DNA of 64,000 nucleotides from Alphaproteobacteria bacterium (GTDB lineage Bacteria > Pseudomonadota > Alphaproteobacteria > Reyranellales > Reyranellaceae). Both the position numbers and the translations under genes were made by a program. Below the pieces are notes generated by a model, which saw only the letters and a program-made list of their open reading frames with translations, was not told where the DNA came from and did no database searches. The stretch is taken from assembly GCA_017307275.1 (NCBI GenBank), contig JAFKFK010000026.1, forward strand, positions 6,134 to 70,133. The letters are read 5' to 3'. Below are positions 51,148 through 61,589 of the stretch, piece by piece (position 1 is the stretch's first letter; the number at the start of each line of letters is the position of its first letter).

Positions 51148-51699
51148 ATGAACGATCGCTTTCACTACGACGCTCTCGTCGACGATGCGCTGCGCAGCGT
51201 CGTGCGCAGTGTGCTGACGCAAGTGGCGGAAAAGGGTCTGCCCGGCTCGCATCATTTCTACATCAGCTTCCGCAGCACCGATCCCGGTGTCGAGCTGCCG
51301 GAGTATTTGCGCGCCAAGTACCCCGAAGAGATGACGATCGTGCTCCAGCACCAGTACTGGGACCTGATCATCGGCGACACCACCTTCGAGGTGACGGTGA
51401 GCTTCAACAAGCAGCAGGAGCGCATAAAGGTGCCGTTCACGGCGCTGTCGGCGTTCGTCGACCCCTCGGTGCGCTTCGGCCTGCAGTTCGACCGCCGCGA
51501 CAAGGCGGCAGGCGACAAGCCCGAGGGCGTGGCCGCAATGCCAACGTCGCTGCCAACGCCCGAGAAGCGTCCGGCGACCGCCGCCCCGGCCGACCAGGAG
51601 GCACAGCCGGAAACCGGCGCCGCCGCCACCGAGGCCGATGCCAAGCCCGAGGATGCGGCTTCCAAGGTCGTCAAGCTCGACAGCTTCCGAAAGAAGTAG
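51148..51699 (+). CDS. sspB: ClpXP adaptor SspB (alphaproteobacterial type)
   Basis: GLPGSHHFYISF, YPEEMTIVLQHQYW and FVDPSVRFGLQF; C-terminal VVKLDSFRKK ClpX-binding tail. Confidence 0.92.
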   Translation: MNDRFHYDALVDDALRSVVRSVLTQVAEKGLPGSHHFYISFRSTDPGVELPEYLRAKYPEEMTIVLQHQYWDLIIGDTTFEVTVSFNKQQERIKVPFTALSAFVDPSVRFGLQFDRRDKAAGDKPEGVAAMPTSLPTPEKRPATAAPADQEAQPETGAAATEADAKPEDAASKVVKLDSFRKK

Positions 51700-51763
51700 G
51701 TAGACGCCGCGGCCCGGCTGCGGCAGGGAATGCGCGCCCCGACAGGGTCGCCAGGAGAGAGCC

Positions 51764-53380
51764 ATGCCCGAATTTCAGTTCCAGGAGATGTTCCCGAGCC
51801 ACGCGGATACGACCTCCTACCGAAAGCTCACCTCCGACTTCGTCAGCACCACGAAATTCAACGGCCGCGATGTCCTGACGGTCGATCCCGAGGCTCTGAC
51901 CACGCTCACGGCGGCAGCCTTCCACGACATCTCCCACCTGCTGCGGCCGGGGCATCTTCAGCAGCTCCGCAATATTCTCGATGATGCCGAAGCCTCCCCT
52001 AACGACAAGTACGTCGCGCTGGAGCTTCTGAAGAACGCCAACATTTCGGCCGGCGGCGTGCTGCCGATGTGCCAGGACACCGGCACCGCCATCGTAATGG
52101 GCAAGAAGGGCCAGGCGGTGTGGACCGGCGGCGGCGACGAGGAGGCAATCTCCAGGGGCGTCTACAAGACCTACACCGAGACCAACCTGCGCTACAGCCA
52201 GGTTTCGCCGATCTCGATGTTCAAGGAAGTGCAGACCGGCACCAACCTGCCGGCGCAGATCGACATCTATGCGACCGACGGCGATGCCTACAAGTTCCTG
52301 TTCATCGCCAAGGGCGGCGGCTCGGCCAACAAGAGCTACCTGCACCAGCAGACGCCGGCCGTGTTGAACGAAGCCTCGCTGCTCAAGTTCCTCGACACGC
52401 AGATCCGCACGCTGGGCACCGCCGCCTGCCCGCCCTACCACCTTGCCATCGTGGTTGGTGGCACCTCGGCCGAGATGAACCTCAAGACGGTGAAGCTCGC
52501 GTCGACGCGCTACCTCGACGACCTGCCGAGCGAGGGCAACAACAAGGGCGTCGCCATCCGCGACCGCGAGATGGAGCAGAAGGTTCTGGAACTTACGCGC
52601 CAGATGGGCATCGGCGCGCAATTCGGCGGCAAGTATTTCTGCCACGACGTGCGCGTGATCCGCATCGCCCGCCACGGCGCCTCGGTGCCGATCGGCATCG
52701 GCGTGTCCTGCTCGGCCGACCGCCAGGCGCTGGGCAAGATCACCAAGGATGGCGTCTTCCTAGAGCAGCTCGAAACCAATCCGGCGCACTTCCTTCCTGA
52801 AGTCGAGCCGCAGCAGCTCTCCGGCAATGTCGTGTCGGTCAATCTGGACAAGGGCATGGCGCACACGCTCTCGGTGCTGACGAAGCATCCGGTGAAGACG
52901 CGCGTCAACCTGACCGGCACGTTGATCGTGGCCCGCGACTCGGCGCACGCGAAGCTCAAGGAACGCCTCGACCGCGGCGAAGGCCTGCCCGACTATTTCA
53001 AGCAGTTCCCGGTCTACTATGCGGGCCCTGCCAAGACGCCCGAAGGCATGGCGTCGGGCTCGTTCGGTCCGACCACCGCCGGCCGCATGGATTCCTACGT
53101 CGACCTGATGCAGGCCAATGGCGGCTCGATGGTGATGCTGGCCAAAGGCAATCGCAGCAAGCAGGTCGTCGACGCCTGCAAGAAGCACAAGGGCTTCTAC
53201 CTCGGCTCGATCGGCGGTCCGGCCGCGATCCTTGCCAAGAACTGCATCAAGAAGGTCGAGGTGCTGGAGTATCCCGAACTCGGCATGGAAGCGATCTGGC
53301 GCATCCAGGTTGAGAACTTCCCCGCCTTCATCGTCACCGACGACAAGGGCAACGACTTCTTCAGCGAACTGAAGATTTAG
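51764..53380 (+). CDS. Class I (Fe-S) fumarate hydratase
   Basis: [30 protein letters not shown] and GSIGGPAA. Confidence 0.95.
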   Translation: MPEFQFQEMFPSHADTTSYRKLTSDFVSTTKFNGRDVLTVDPEALTTLTAAAFHDISHLLRPGHLQQLRNILDDAEASPNDKYVALELLKNANISAGGVLPMCQDTGTAIVMGKKGQAVWTGGGDEEAISRGVYKTYTETNLRYSQVSPISMFKEVQTGTNLPAQIDIYATDGDAYKFLFIAKGGGSANKSYLHQQTPAVLNEASLLKFLDTQIRTLGTAACPPYHLAIVVGGTSAEMNLKTVKLASTRYLDDLPSEGNNKGVAIRDREMEQKVLELTRQMGIGAQFGGKYFCHDVRVIRIARHGASVPIGIGVSCSADRQALGKITKDGVFLEQLETNPAHFLPEVEPQQLSGNVVSVNLDKGMAHTLSVLTKHPVKTRVNLTGTLIVARDSAHAKLKERLDRGEGLPDYFKQFPVYYAGPAKTPEGMASGSFGPTTAGRMDSYVDLMQANGGSMVMLAKGNRSKQVVDACKKHKGFYLGSIGGPAAILAKNCIKKVEVLEYPELGMEAIWRIQVENFPAFIVTDDKGNDFFSELKI

Positions 53381-53396
53381 GCGTTATGCTTGGCGC

Positions 53397-54077
53397 ATGA
53401 ACCTCGCCAAGCAGCACCTGGATATCGGTCTCTTCTCCAACAATCGCGACGGTCAGCTCGCCTTCTGGCAGCAGACCGTCGGCCTGCCCTACGATCACAT
53501 GGGCAAGCTGGGCGGCGGCATGCAGCAGCACCGCCACCACATGAACGGCTCGATCCTGAAGATGAACCATGCCCGCGGCGCACTGCCCGACGTGCCGCCG
53601 TCCGGCATCGTCGGCCTGGAGATCGCGCGCGACGGCCTGACTGCACCCCAGAAGCTCGCCGATCCCGACGGCAACAAGGTCACCCTGGTGCCCAAGGGCT
53701 TCGAGGGCGTGCAAGGCATCGCGATCCTGCTCAGGGTCAACGACCCCGCCCAGCACGACCGCTTCTGGACGGAGGCCATGCAATTCGAGCGCGTGGGCGA
53801 TGGCCGCTATCGCTGCGGCGACTCGCTGATCGTGGTTGCGGAACGCGGCAAGGTCGAACCGAGCGTCGGCCAGTGGCGCGGGCCGGGCTATCGCTATCTG
53901 ACGGTCCAGGTCTGGGATTGCCTCGCCGAATACGACGGCATCCTGGCGCGCGGCGGCGCCTCGGGCGGCGAGCCCCGCGTGCTGGGCGACACAGTACGGT
54001 ATGCCTTCGTCTGCGATCCCGATGGCAATCACATCGAGATCAGCCAGCGGGCCTCCCTGACAGGCGGAACGCTCTAG
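53397..54077 (+). CDS. Two-domain VOC/glyoxalase family protein
   Basis: HLDIGLF...DPDGNKV and YLTVQV...DPDGNHIEISQ. Confidence 0.8.
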   Translation: MNLAKQHLDIGLFSNNRDGQLAFWQQTVGLPYDHMGKLGGGMQQHRHHMNGSILKMNHARGALPDVPPSGIVGLEIARDGLTAPQKLADPDGNKVTLVPKGFEGVQGIAILLRVNDPAQHDRFWTEAMQFERVGDGRYRCGDSLIVVAERGKVEPSVGQWRGPGYRYLTVQVWDCLAEYDGILARGGASGGEPRVLGDTVRYAFVCDPDGNHIEISQRASLTGGTL

Positions 54078-54097
54078 GCGTTCCGCAGCGGGACGAC

Positions 54098-54481
54098 TTA
54101 CCGCTTCTTATTCTTGCGGGCTTTGCGTGCGGCGTAGCGGGCGTCGCGGGCCGCCTTCTGCTCGGCTTCGGTAAGCACGGGCTTCGCGGCGCGCCGGGCT
54201 TCCCGTTCCAGTCGCGCAGCCTCTTCGGCCGCCGCAGCAGCCGCTTCGGCAGCAAGTCGAGCCGCCTCGCGCTCAGCGGCGATCCGGTCTTCTTCGGCCT
54301 TCTTCGCGGCGCGGCGCTCGGCCTCGCGAGCCTCGCGCGCCGCGGCGATCGCGGCACGTTCGGCCTGTTTCTTGGCGAGTTCCGGATCGTTGGCTTTCGC
54401 CCGCGCCTTCTCGAGCAAGGCCTGCTTGGCTGCGGCCGCTGTTGCCAGACGGTCGCCGAAATCAACGTTCCTGCCGCTCAT
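54098..54481 (-). CDS. DUF6481-like helical protein
   Basis: FGDRLATAAAAKQALLEK...AEQKAARDARYAARKARK. Confidence 0.8.
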   Translation of the reverse strand: MSGRNVDFGDRLATAAAAKQALLEKARAKANDPELAKKQAERAAIAAAREAREAERRAAKKAEEDRIAAEREAARLAAEAAAAAAEEAARLEREARRAAKPVLTEAEQKAARDARYAARKARKNKKR

Positions 54482-54507
54482 CTTCCGCTCTTGTTCCTCT
54501 AGTTGTC

Positions 54508-56337
54508 TTACTCGGCTGCCGCGGCAGCCTGCTTCTTGGCGCGCTTGCGATCCTCGGCGTTGAGGAAGCGCTTGCGCAGCCGGATCGATTTCGGGGTGAT
54601 CTCGACGAGTTCGTCCTCTTCAATATAGGCGATTGCCTGCTCGAGCGACATCTTGCGCGGCGGCGTGAGGCGAACCGCCTCGTCCTTGCCCGCAGCGCGG
54701 ATGTTGGTGAGCTGCTTGCCCTTCAGGACGTTTACTTCGAGATCGTTGCCGCGGCTGTGCTCGCCGATCACCATGCCCATGTAAACGGGCACGCCCGGCT
54801 CGATGAACATCGGGCCGCGATCTTCGAGGTTCCACATCGCGTACATCACCGCGTTGCCCGCGGCATTGGCGATCAGCGCACCGTTGCGGCGGCCGGCGAT
54901 CGGGCCGCGGTAGGGGCCGTACTCGTGGAACAGGCGGTTCATCACGCCGGTGCCGCGCGTGTCGGTCAGGAACTCGCCGTGATAGCCGATCAGGCCGCGC
55001 GACGGGGCGTAGAACACGAGGCGGGTCTTGCCGGCGCCCGAGGGGCGCATGTCCTGCAGCTCGCCCTTGCGCAGCGAGATCTGCTCGACGACGACGCCGG
55101 TATAGGCGTCGTCGACGTCGATCACGACTTCCTCGATCGGTTCCTGGCGTTGGCCCGTGACCGGGTCGGTCTGAAACAGCACGCGCGGACGGCCGACGGC
55201 GAGCTCGAAGCCTTCACGGCGCATCGTCTCGATCAGCACGCCGAGCTGCAATTCGCCGCGACCGGCGACTTCGTAGGAGTCGGCGTTCTCGGTGTCGCTG
55301 ACGCGGATCGCGACATTGCCTTCGGCTTCGCGCATCAAACGGGCGCGAATCATGCGGGTCGTGACCTTGTCGCCTTCGGTACCGGCCAGCGGCGAGTCGT
55401 TGACCGAGAAGGTCATCGCCAGTGTCGGCGGATCGATCGGCTGAGAGGTGATCGGCTCGGCGATCGTCAGATCGCCGATCGTGTCGGCCACGGTGGCGAC
55501 CTTCATGCCGGCAACGGCGATGATGTCGCCGGCCTCGGCCGACTCGAGCGCCACGCGCTCGAGGCCGCGGAACGCCAGGATGCGCGTGATACGGGTCTGC
55601 TCGAGTTCCTTACCGTCGCGGCCTAGCGCCTTGACCATCGTGTTGGGCTTGATCGAGCCCGACAGGACGCGGCCCGTCAGGATGCGGCCGAGGAAGTTGT
55701 CGGCCTCGAGTGTCGTCACCAGCATGCGGAACGCAGGATCGGGATCGACCTTCGGCGCCGGCACGTGATTCACCAGGAGCTCGAACAGCGGCGTCATGTC
55801 CGTATGCTCGGCCTCCAGCGAGGTCGCGGCCCAGCCCTGGCGGGCCGAGGCGAAGAGCGTCGGGAAGTCGAGCTGCTCGTCACTGGCTTCGAGCGCCGAG
55901 AACAGGTCGAACACCTCGTCATGCACCTCGTGGGCGCGGGCGTCGGAGCGGTCGACCTTGTTGATGAGGACGATCGGCTTCAGGCCGAGGCGCAGCGCCT
56001 TGCCCAGCACGAACTTAGTCTGCGGCAGCGGCCCTTCGGCCGCGTCGACCAGCAGGACCACGCCGTCGACCATCGACAGGATGCGCTCGACTTCACCGCC
56101 GAAGTCGGCGTGGCCGGGCGTGTCGACGATGTTGATGCGCGTCCCACGCCACTCGACCGAGGTCGCCTTGGCGAGGATCGTGATCCCGCGCTCGCGCTCG
56201 AGATCGTTGGAGTCCATGACACGCTCGGCGACCTGCTGGTTTTCGCGGAAGGTGCCGCTTTGCTTCAGCAGGCAGTCGACCAGTGTGGTCTTGCCATGGT
56301 CGACGTGCGCGATGATCGCGACGTTACGGATTTCCAT
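54508..56337 (-). CDS. typA: Translational GTPase TypA/BipA
   Basis: AHVDHGKTTLVD, RERGITILAK, DTPGHADFGGEVER and GRGELQL. Confidence 0.97.
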   Translation of the reverse strand: MEIRNVAIIAHVDHGKTTLVDCLLKQSGTFRENQQVAERVMDSNDLERERGITILAKATSVEWRGTRINIVDTPGHADFGGEVERILSMVDGVVLLVDAAEGPLPQTKFVLGKALRLGLKPIVLINKVDRSDARAHEVHDEVFDLFSALEASDEQLDFPTLFASARQGWAATSLEAEHTDMTPLFELLVNHVPAPKVDPDPAFRMLVTTLEADNFLGRILTGRVLSGSIKPNTMVKALGRDGKELEQTRITRILAFRGLERVALESAEAGDIIAVAGMKVATVADTIGDLTIAEPITSQPIDPPTLAMTFSVNDSPLAGTEGDKVTTRMIRARLMREAEGNVAIRVSDTENADSYEVAGRGELQLGVLIETMRREGFELAVGRPRVLFQTDPVTGQRQEPIEEVVIDVDDAYTGVVVEQISLRKGELQDMRPSGAGKTRLVFYAPSRGLIGYHGEFLTDTRGTGVMNRLFHEYGPYRGPIAGRRNGALIANAAGNAVMYAMWNLEDRGPMFIEPGVPVYMGMVIGEHSRGNDLEVNVLKGKQLTNIRAAGKDEAVRLTPPRKMSLEQAIAYIEEDELVEITPKSIRLRKRFLNAEDRKRAKKQAAAAAE

Positions 56338-56369
56338 AAATGTTTGTCCGGAGGGGTTGATTGGCGGCG

Positions 56370-56398
56370 CTTATACGCACGCTCTGTGACGGCGGCAA
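56370..56398 (-). promoter_or_regulatory. Sigma70 promoter of typA
   Basis: TTGCCG-N17-TATAAG. Confidence 0.65.
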
Positions 56399-56439
56399 GG
56401 CGGGTTGAGGGGGCGACTTGCCGCTGTCACAGTCCGGAC

Positions 56440-56658
56440 ATGCACAAACGCTCGGTCACCATTGACGGCCACCGGACCAGCATTTCGCTGGAAGATGCCT
56501 TCTGGGCCGAACTTTCCGCGATCGCCCGCACCCGCGGCCTCTCTCTCAACGCCCTGGTGGCCGAAATCGACCACGCCCGCGGAACGCCCGAGGCCGGCAA
56601 CCTGTCGAGCGCCCTCCGCCTCTACGTGCTCGAAGAGCTGAAGAAGCAGCGCGGCTAA
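56440..56658 (+). CDS. Ribbon-helix-helix domain protein (RHH_4)
   Basis: KRSVTIDGHRTSISLEDAFW...NLSSALRLYVL. Confidence 0.9.
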   Translation: MHKRSVTIDGHRTSISLEDAFWAELSAIARTRGLSLNALVAEIDHARGTPEAGNLSSALRLYVLEELKKQRG

Positions 56659-56660
56659 TA

Positions 56661-57491
56661 TCAGTCGAGCTTGAAGCCCTTGGCGCGCACGAATGCGCCG
56701 AAATCGGCGCGCTCCTGCACCGAATATTGCCGTGCCTTGTCCTCCGACCAGCCATAGCCTGGGTCGTCGCCGAACTTGTCGACGAAGCGCTGGCTCTTGT
56801 AGGGCTGGGTCTCGTTACGCCTTTGGTCGTAGGCCGCGACCTTTTCGCGAAGGCCGGTTTCGTCGTAGCGGTCGCGGTGAATCGACACGTCGAGGCCGAG
56901 GCGTGGGCTCATCACCCCCTCGAAGGACGGCCAGCCAATCCCCAGCCCGGCAACGGGAAAGACATGTTGCGGCAGGCCGAGCACCTCGGAGACCTTCGCC
57001 GCGTGGTTTCGGATCTGGCTGATCGGGCAGGTGCCGAGGCCGACCCGGTCGGCGGCCGCAATGAAGGTCGCCAGCACGATGCCGGCATCAACCGCCGCAT
57101 TGAAGAACGGGTCGAGATAGTCGTTCACGAAGGGCCGGCCCCGCCATTCGAACATCAGCCGATGGCGGCGGTTGTTGCCGCAGAACACCAGGAGGGCCGG
57201 ACCGGCGGCGGCCCAGGGATTTTCCGGGATCAGCGCCTGGAGCTTCTCGCGCTGCGCCTTGTCGGTGACGACCACGATGTCGGCCTGTTGCAGGTCGCTC
57301 TTGGACGGCGCCGACAGGGCCACCGCGCAAAGTGTCTCCAGCAGTGCCGGATCGATCGGCTTGTCGGAGTAGCGCCGCACGACGCGGCGGTTGGCCATCT
57401 CTGCCAGCACATCGACACCCTTGGGGGCTTCGTCGAGCGCGGGCGCAGTACCGAACCGTGCCTTGAGCACGGTCTTGAGACGTTCGAGCAC
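56661..57491 (-). CDS. NfsA/Frp-like nitroreductase (flavin oxidoreductase)
   Basis: RRVVRRYSD, SAPSKSDLQ, VDAGI and LGTCPISQIRN. Confidence 0.88.
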   Translation of the reverse strand: MLERLKTVLKARFGTAPALDEAPKGVDVLAEMANRRVVRRYSDKPIDPALLETLCAVALSAPSKSDLQQADIVVVTDKAQREKLQALIPENPWAAAGPALLVFCGNNRRHRLMFEWRGRPFVNDYLDPFFNAAVDAGIVLATFIAAADRVGLGTCPISQIRNHAAKVSEVLGLPQHVFPVAGLGIGWPSFEGVMSPRLGLDVSIHRDRYDETGLREKVAAYDQRRNETQPYKSQRFVDKFGDDPGYGWSEDKARQYSVQERADFGAFVRAKGFKLD

Positions 57492-57500
57492 TTTAACTCC

Positions 57501-60500
57501 TCAGCGGCCGAAAATGTTGGGAAGCGGAATGTTCGGGATCAACGAGCGCGACGGCTGACCCGCCGGTTGCTGCTGCCCGCCCTGCGGGGTGTTCGATGCC
57601 CCCGGCAAGGTGCTGGCCATGCCCGGCGGATCCTTGGCGGTGCCGCGCACCACGTTGAGCGACGGCGACGAGGTCGAACCGCGCGCCGTGGTGATCAGGT
57701 AAGGCGCCGACGGATCCTCGGCGATGATGAAGTTGATCGTGGTGTCGGTCGTCGAATTGCCGAGGTTCGTCCGAGTCGAGATTCGCGCTGTTGCACGATT
57801 GCCCTGCACCGTCAGGCCCTTGTCGGTCACGACGCCACCGGCAATGGAGAGCTGGCCGGCAATCGGGCTGTCGTGGTTCACGAAACGGTTCAACACCAGG
57901 GAGATGGCATTGAGAAGATTGCCGACACCGACGCCGCCTCGCTGGCCCACCGTGCCCAGCAGATTGCCTAGTGTCTGATCGATGACGCCGCTCGCCGCCC
58001 CCGTGGCCGCAGTGCCCAATATCTGCAGAGTCTTGTCGGCGCCGACGAAGATATGGCCGCTGAGCTGCGTGCCGCCCGCCATCGAAGCTCTGATCTGATC
58101 TGCGGTGGTGCCACCGCCGCGGATCGAAATGCCATTCGCATTGAGCTTGCCGTCGATCGTCACTTTAACAGCGCCACCGAACTGGTTGCTGCCCGACGTA
58201 CTGCGCAGCATCTCGCCGATGATCAGGTTGTTGGCGTCACCCTTGAAATCCAGGGCGATCGCAGGCTGGCTGGCGTTGACGGTGCCCGCCAACGCCAACG
58301 ATCCGCCATAGAGCCCGCCCTTGAAGTGCTGAACGGTCAGCACGCCATCCTTCAACGTTGCGGCGAGGTCGGCATTGCCGATCCGCAGCGACCCGCTGGT
58401 CAGCGTGCCGGCCGCCAGCTTGAGCGAGCCATCGATGGAACGCAGCGGCGCAGTGTCGATCGGCTTGGCAGCCGCCGCCTGCTGGCCGCGCGCCGGAGCA
58501 CGTGCAGCCGTCCCACCACCGCTGCCACCGAGCTTGTCGAGATCGAGCACACTGGCCCGCAGGTCGGCGTTGATGAGGGGCTTGCCGGTCAGCCTGGCAT
58601 CGATTGCCCCCTCGATCGCCTGACCGTTCAGCACGATGGTGCCCTTGTAGGCAGCCGACTGCGGCGGTCCTTTGGCCGCTCCCGGCAGCGCCAGGGTACC
58701 GCTCGCCTTCACGTTCTGGCCCGCGGCATTGACCGTGAGTTCGCGCAGGGTGAGCTGCTCTATCGTGCCGGCGATGCCGCCGCTCGCACTGACCGCGCCG
58801 AGGTCCGATGGACCAGAGGCTCCGACGACCTTGAGCACGCGGCCCATGTCGGGCGCTTCGAAGTTGAAAGCGATATCGGGCCGTGGCTGCGGTGCCGAAT
58901 AGTTCGCCACCGTGCCGCGCACGGCGAACCGGCCGCCACCGACGTTACTGACCTTGACGTCGTTCAGCCGCAGGGTGCTTCCCTGCAACGCCACGTCGAC
59001 ATCGACTCCCTGGATCGCCTCCTTGTTGTAGATGAGCTTGGCCACCTTGGCCTTCAGCCCGATCGAGGGGCCGGCGGCAGGTTTCTGCCCCGATGGCGCA
59101 GACGGCGACGCAGCCTGCGCGGATGCCGCGGGCTTCTGTGCAGCCGCGGGCACCAGGAAGGAGTCGAGATCGAGCGTGTCGATGTTGAGGCTGGTCACGA
59201 TCGACAGCGGCACGCCGAACGTCACCACGACGCCACCGTTGCCCTTGAGATCGTCGAGTTCGAAGACCGCGTCGCTCACCTGCACGTTGCCGCCCGAGGA
59301 TGCCATGCGCCCCTTGAGGCTGAGCTTCTGCAGCTTGGCGGCGGGCACCGAAGCCGTGTCGACCTCGAGCCAGTTCAATGTCTCGCGCAACTTTGGCCCG
59401 ACCAGGCTGAACTCACCGGTGACGCTCGGCTTCGCCGCATCGCCCGTCATGGTCGACTTGGCCTGCAGGACCATGTCGCCCGGCAGCGTGGCGGAGAGCT
59501 TCGGGACGGCGACGGCGCCGCCGCGCGCATCGAGCTCGACCACGGCGTTACGGATGGCCTTCTTGTTGTAGACGATCTCGCCGATATCGAGGGCGAGCTT
59601 GGCCGTGACGTCGCCCAACATGCTGCCGCCGGACGAGGCGGGTGCAGCGGCCGGCCGGTTGCCAGCCGGCGGCGGTGCGGCGGGCGGCGTGGCGGCCGGT
59701 GCTGCCGGACGCGCGACGGCGGCCATCCACTTGTCGAGGTCGAGCTTGGGGATGGCGATCTTGCCGTCCACGGCGAGCGCGGGCTTCAGAGTTACCGCGA
59801 ACGAACCCGAACCGCTGTCCTGGCCCAGGGTCATCTTGAAGTCTTTGGCGGCAAACGCAGTCTGGGAAGCCTCGACGGCCCCGTCGAAAACGAACTTGCC
59901 CGCAAGCAGCGGCGGCAATGCCGGCTCGGGCTGCCCGGTAAGCTTGACCAGCGTGCCGACGAAGCCCGTAAGGGAATCGGTCGCCACGGAGGCTACTCCC
60001 GCAATTCGCGCCGCCGGACCGAGCTCGCTCAGCGTTCCCCGGAAAGTAAGCTTGCCGCCCCCGGCCTGCAGGGTGACGTCGGCATTGTGGCCTTTGCTGC
60101 TCTTGCTCCCGACGGCAAGATCGAGCTTCAAGGGAGAGCCGTTGATGTCGGCTCCGCCGGCCAGCGTATAGGGGCCATCGATGGAGCCGACCGAGGCGGA
60201 GAAATTCGCTTTGTCGGCGACCACGGAAATGCCCGCCTTGGAATCGCTGAAGATCAGCGTGCCGTTGTCGATGGTGAGCCGGCCGAGCGACAGCGGCTTG
60301 GGCGAGACCGGCTTGGGTGCCACGGGCTTGGCTTCGGCGACCGACGGCGCGAACTCCCAGTTCGGCTTACCTTCGGCGTTGATTTCGAGCACGATCTTGG
60401 GCTCGATCAGCGTCACTTCGCTCACTTCGATCCCGCCGGTCAGCAGCTTGAGCAACGACGGCTTCACGGTGACCGACTTCATCTCGACCATGCTGGCGTT

Positions 60501-60746
60501 CTTGGAGCCCGGCACGTTGGAGAACTTCACACCTGTGACCGAGACGGTCGGCGTCGGCAGGATCGACAACGAGATCGGACCGTCGATCGCGAGATCGCGG
60601 CCGGTCATAGCCTTCACCTCCGACACGATCATCGGCTTGTATGAATTCACGTCGATGAAAAGAGGCGCCGCTACTACCGCTACGACGACCAGGCCGACTA
60701 CACTGCCGCCACCAATCAGGAGTTTCTTGCGCAGGCTCGAAGGCAT
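57501..60746 (-). CDS. Large AsmA family protein
   Basis: N-terminal TM anchor, TGRDLAIDGPISLSILP, GKPNW and repeated beta-rich segments with Pro/Ala linkers. Confidence 0.88.
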   Translation of the reverse strand: MPSSLRKKLLIGGGSVVGLVVVAVVAAPLFIDVNSYKPMIVSEVKAMTGRDLAIDGPISLSILPTPTVSVTGVKFSNVPGSKNASMVEMKSVTVKPSLLKLLTGGIEVSEVTLIEPKIVLEINAEGKPNWEFAPSVAEAKPVAPKPVSPKPLSLGRLTIDNGTLIFSDSKAGISVVADKANFSASVGSIDGPYTLAGGADINGSPLKLDLAVGSKSSKGHNADVTLQAGGGKLTFRGTLSELGPAARIAGVASVATDSLTGFVGTLVKLTGQPEPALPPLLAGKFVFDGAVEASQTAFAAKDFKMTLGQDSGSGSFAVTLKPALAVDGKIAIPKLDLDKWMAAVARPAAPAATPPAAPPPAGNRPAAAPASSGGSMLGDVTAKLALDIGEIVYNKKAIRNAVVELDARGGAVAVPKLSATLPGDMVLQAKSTMTGDAAKPSVTGEFSLVGPKLRETLNWLEVDTASVPAAKLQKLSLKGRMASSGGNVQVSDAVFELDDLKGNGGVVVTFGVPLSIVTSLNIDTLDLDSFLVPAAAQKPAASAQAASPSAPSGQKPAAGPSIGLKAKVAKLIYNKEAIQGVDVDVALQGSTLRLNDVKVSNVGGGRFAVRGTVANYSAPQPRPDIAFNFEAPDMGRVLKVVGASGPSDLGAVSASGGIAGTIEQLTLRELTVNAAGQNVKASGTLALPGAAKGPPQSAAYKGTIVLNGQAIEGAIDARLTGKPLINADLRASVLDLDKLGGSGGGTAARAPARGQQAAAAKPIDTAPLRSIDGSLKLAAGTLTSGSLRIGNADLAATLKDGVLTVQHFKGGLYGGSLALAGTVNASQPAIALDFKGDANNLIIGEMLRSTSGSNQFGGAVKVTIDGKLNANGISIRGGGTTADQIRASMAGGTQLSGHIFVGADKTLQILGTAATGAASGVIDQTLGNLLGTVGQRGGVGVGNLLNAISLVLNRFVNHDSPIAGQLSIAGGVVTDKGLTVQGNRATARISTRTNLGNSTTDTTINFIIAEDPSAPYLITTARGSTSSPSLNVVRGTAKDPPGMASTLPGASNTPQGGQQQPAGQPSRSLIPNIPLPNIFGR

Positions 60747-60827
60747 GGGATTCTCCTGCAATCCGACTCGAGGCGAACACTAGCGCATCGCCCATACACA
60801 CGGCATAGAGAAATTGGAGCTTCTCAT

Positions 60828-61019
60828 ATGACCGAGATCGTTAACCTGCAACGCGCGCGCAAGGAGCGGGCACGACGGGAACGCGAGGCGCAAGCCGACG
60901 CCAATCGTCGCCGCTTCGGCCGGACCAAGGCAGAAAAGGCGTCCGACCGGGACGCCGAAAGCCGAACGACGCGCACGCTCGACGGCAAACGCCTGGAAGA
61001 TCCCGAAAAGAAAGACTGA
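60828..61019 (+). CDS. DUF4169 family protein
   Basis: MTEIVNLQRARK...ANRRRFGRTKAEK...LDGKRL. Confidence 0.9.
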   Translation: MTEIVNLQRARKERARREREAQADANRRRFGRTKAEKASDRDAESRTTRTLDGKRLEDPEKKD

Positions 61020-61021
61020 GA

Positions 61022-61528
61022 TCAGCGCGGTGTCTTGTTGAGCGCGAGGCGTTCGAAGAAGGAGCGCGTGTTCTGGTCGGCGCCCGGCCCGGCAACGGCG
61101 CGCACGTTGGTAAGCTCGATCCGCCGGCCGGTATCCGTGTCGATCAGCACCGGATCCAACGGACGGCCATCGCCACGATCGACGAGATCCATCGGCCTGC
61201 CGTCGCGTGCCGCCGCGCCATAGCGGTCGCCCCACTGCTTGAGGCCGACGATCACCGTGAACAGCGCGGCGCCCTTGTCGGTCAGCCGATATTCATGGCG
61301 CAACGGGCGCTGGCGATAGGCCGTCTTGCGGAACACGCCCGCCTCGACAAGCTTCTTCAGCCGCGCCGTCAGCACGTTGCGGGCAATGCCGAGATTCTCC
61401 TGAAAATCGTCGAAACGCCGCACGCCATAGAAAGCGTCGCGCACGATCAGCAGTGTCCAAGGCTCGCCCACGACATCGAGCGCCGAAGCGATCGAACAGT
61501 TCATCTGCTCGTAGGAGGTGCGCCGCAT
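61022..61528 (-). CDS. HxlR family winged-helix regulator
   Basis: CSIASALDVVGEPWTLLIVRD, GIARNVLTARL and EYRLTDKG. Confidence 0.93.
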   Translation of the reverse strand: MRRTSYEQMNCSIASALDVVGEPWTLLIVRDAFYGVRRFDDFQENLGIARNVLTARLKKLVEAGVFRKTAYRQRPLRHEYRLTDKGAALFTVIVGLKQWGDRYGAAARDGRPMDLVDRGDGRPLDPVLIDTDTGRRIELTNVRAVAGPGADQNTRSFFERLALNKTPR

Positions 61529-61534
61529 CGGCAA

Positions 61535-61562
61535 AGTATAAGGCGGCAGGCGCGGCGCGCAA
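61535..61562 (-). promoter_or_regulatory. Sigma70 promoter of the HxlR gene, probably leaderless
   Basis: TTGCGC-N16-TATACT, 6 nt before ATG; no SD. Confidence 0.65.
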
Positions 61563-61589
61563 TCTGCCCTGCCGCGCAGACCTGAAGGG

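Noticed and set aside
58053-60644. 863-aa ORF antisense to the AsmA gene, and similar long shadow ORFs (15276-16856, 17780-19033, 27283-28857, 31888-33243, 33288-34607, 54442-55626)
   Set aside because: They mirror well-supported genes on the other strand, are Arg/Ala/Gly-rich with no motifs, and are expected from stop-codon scarcity in high-GC DNA.
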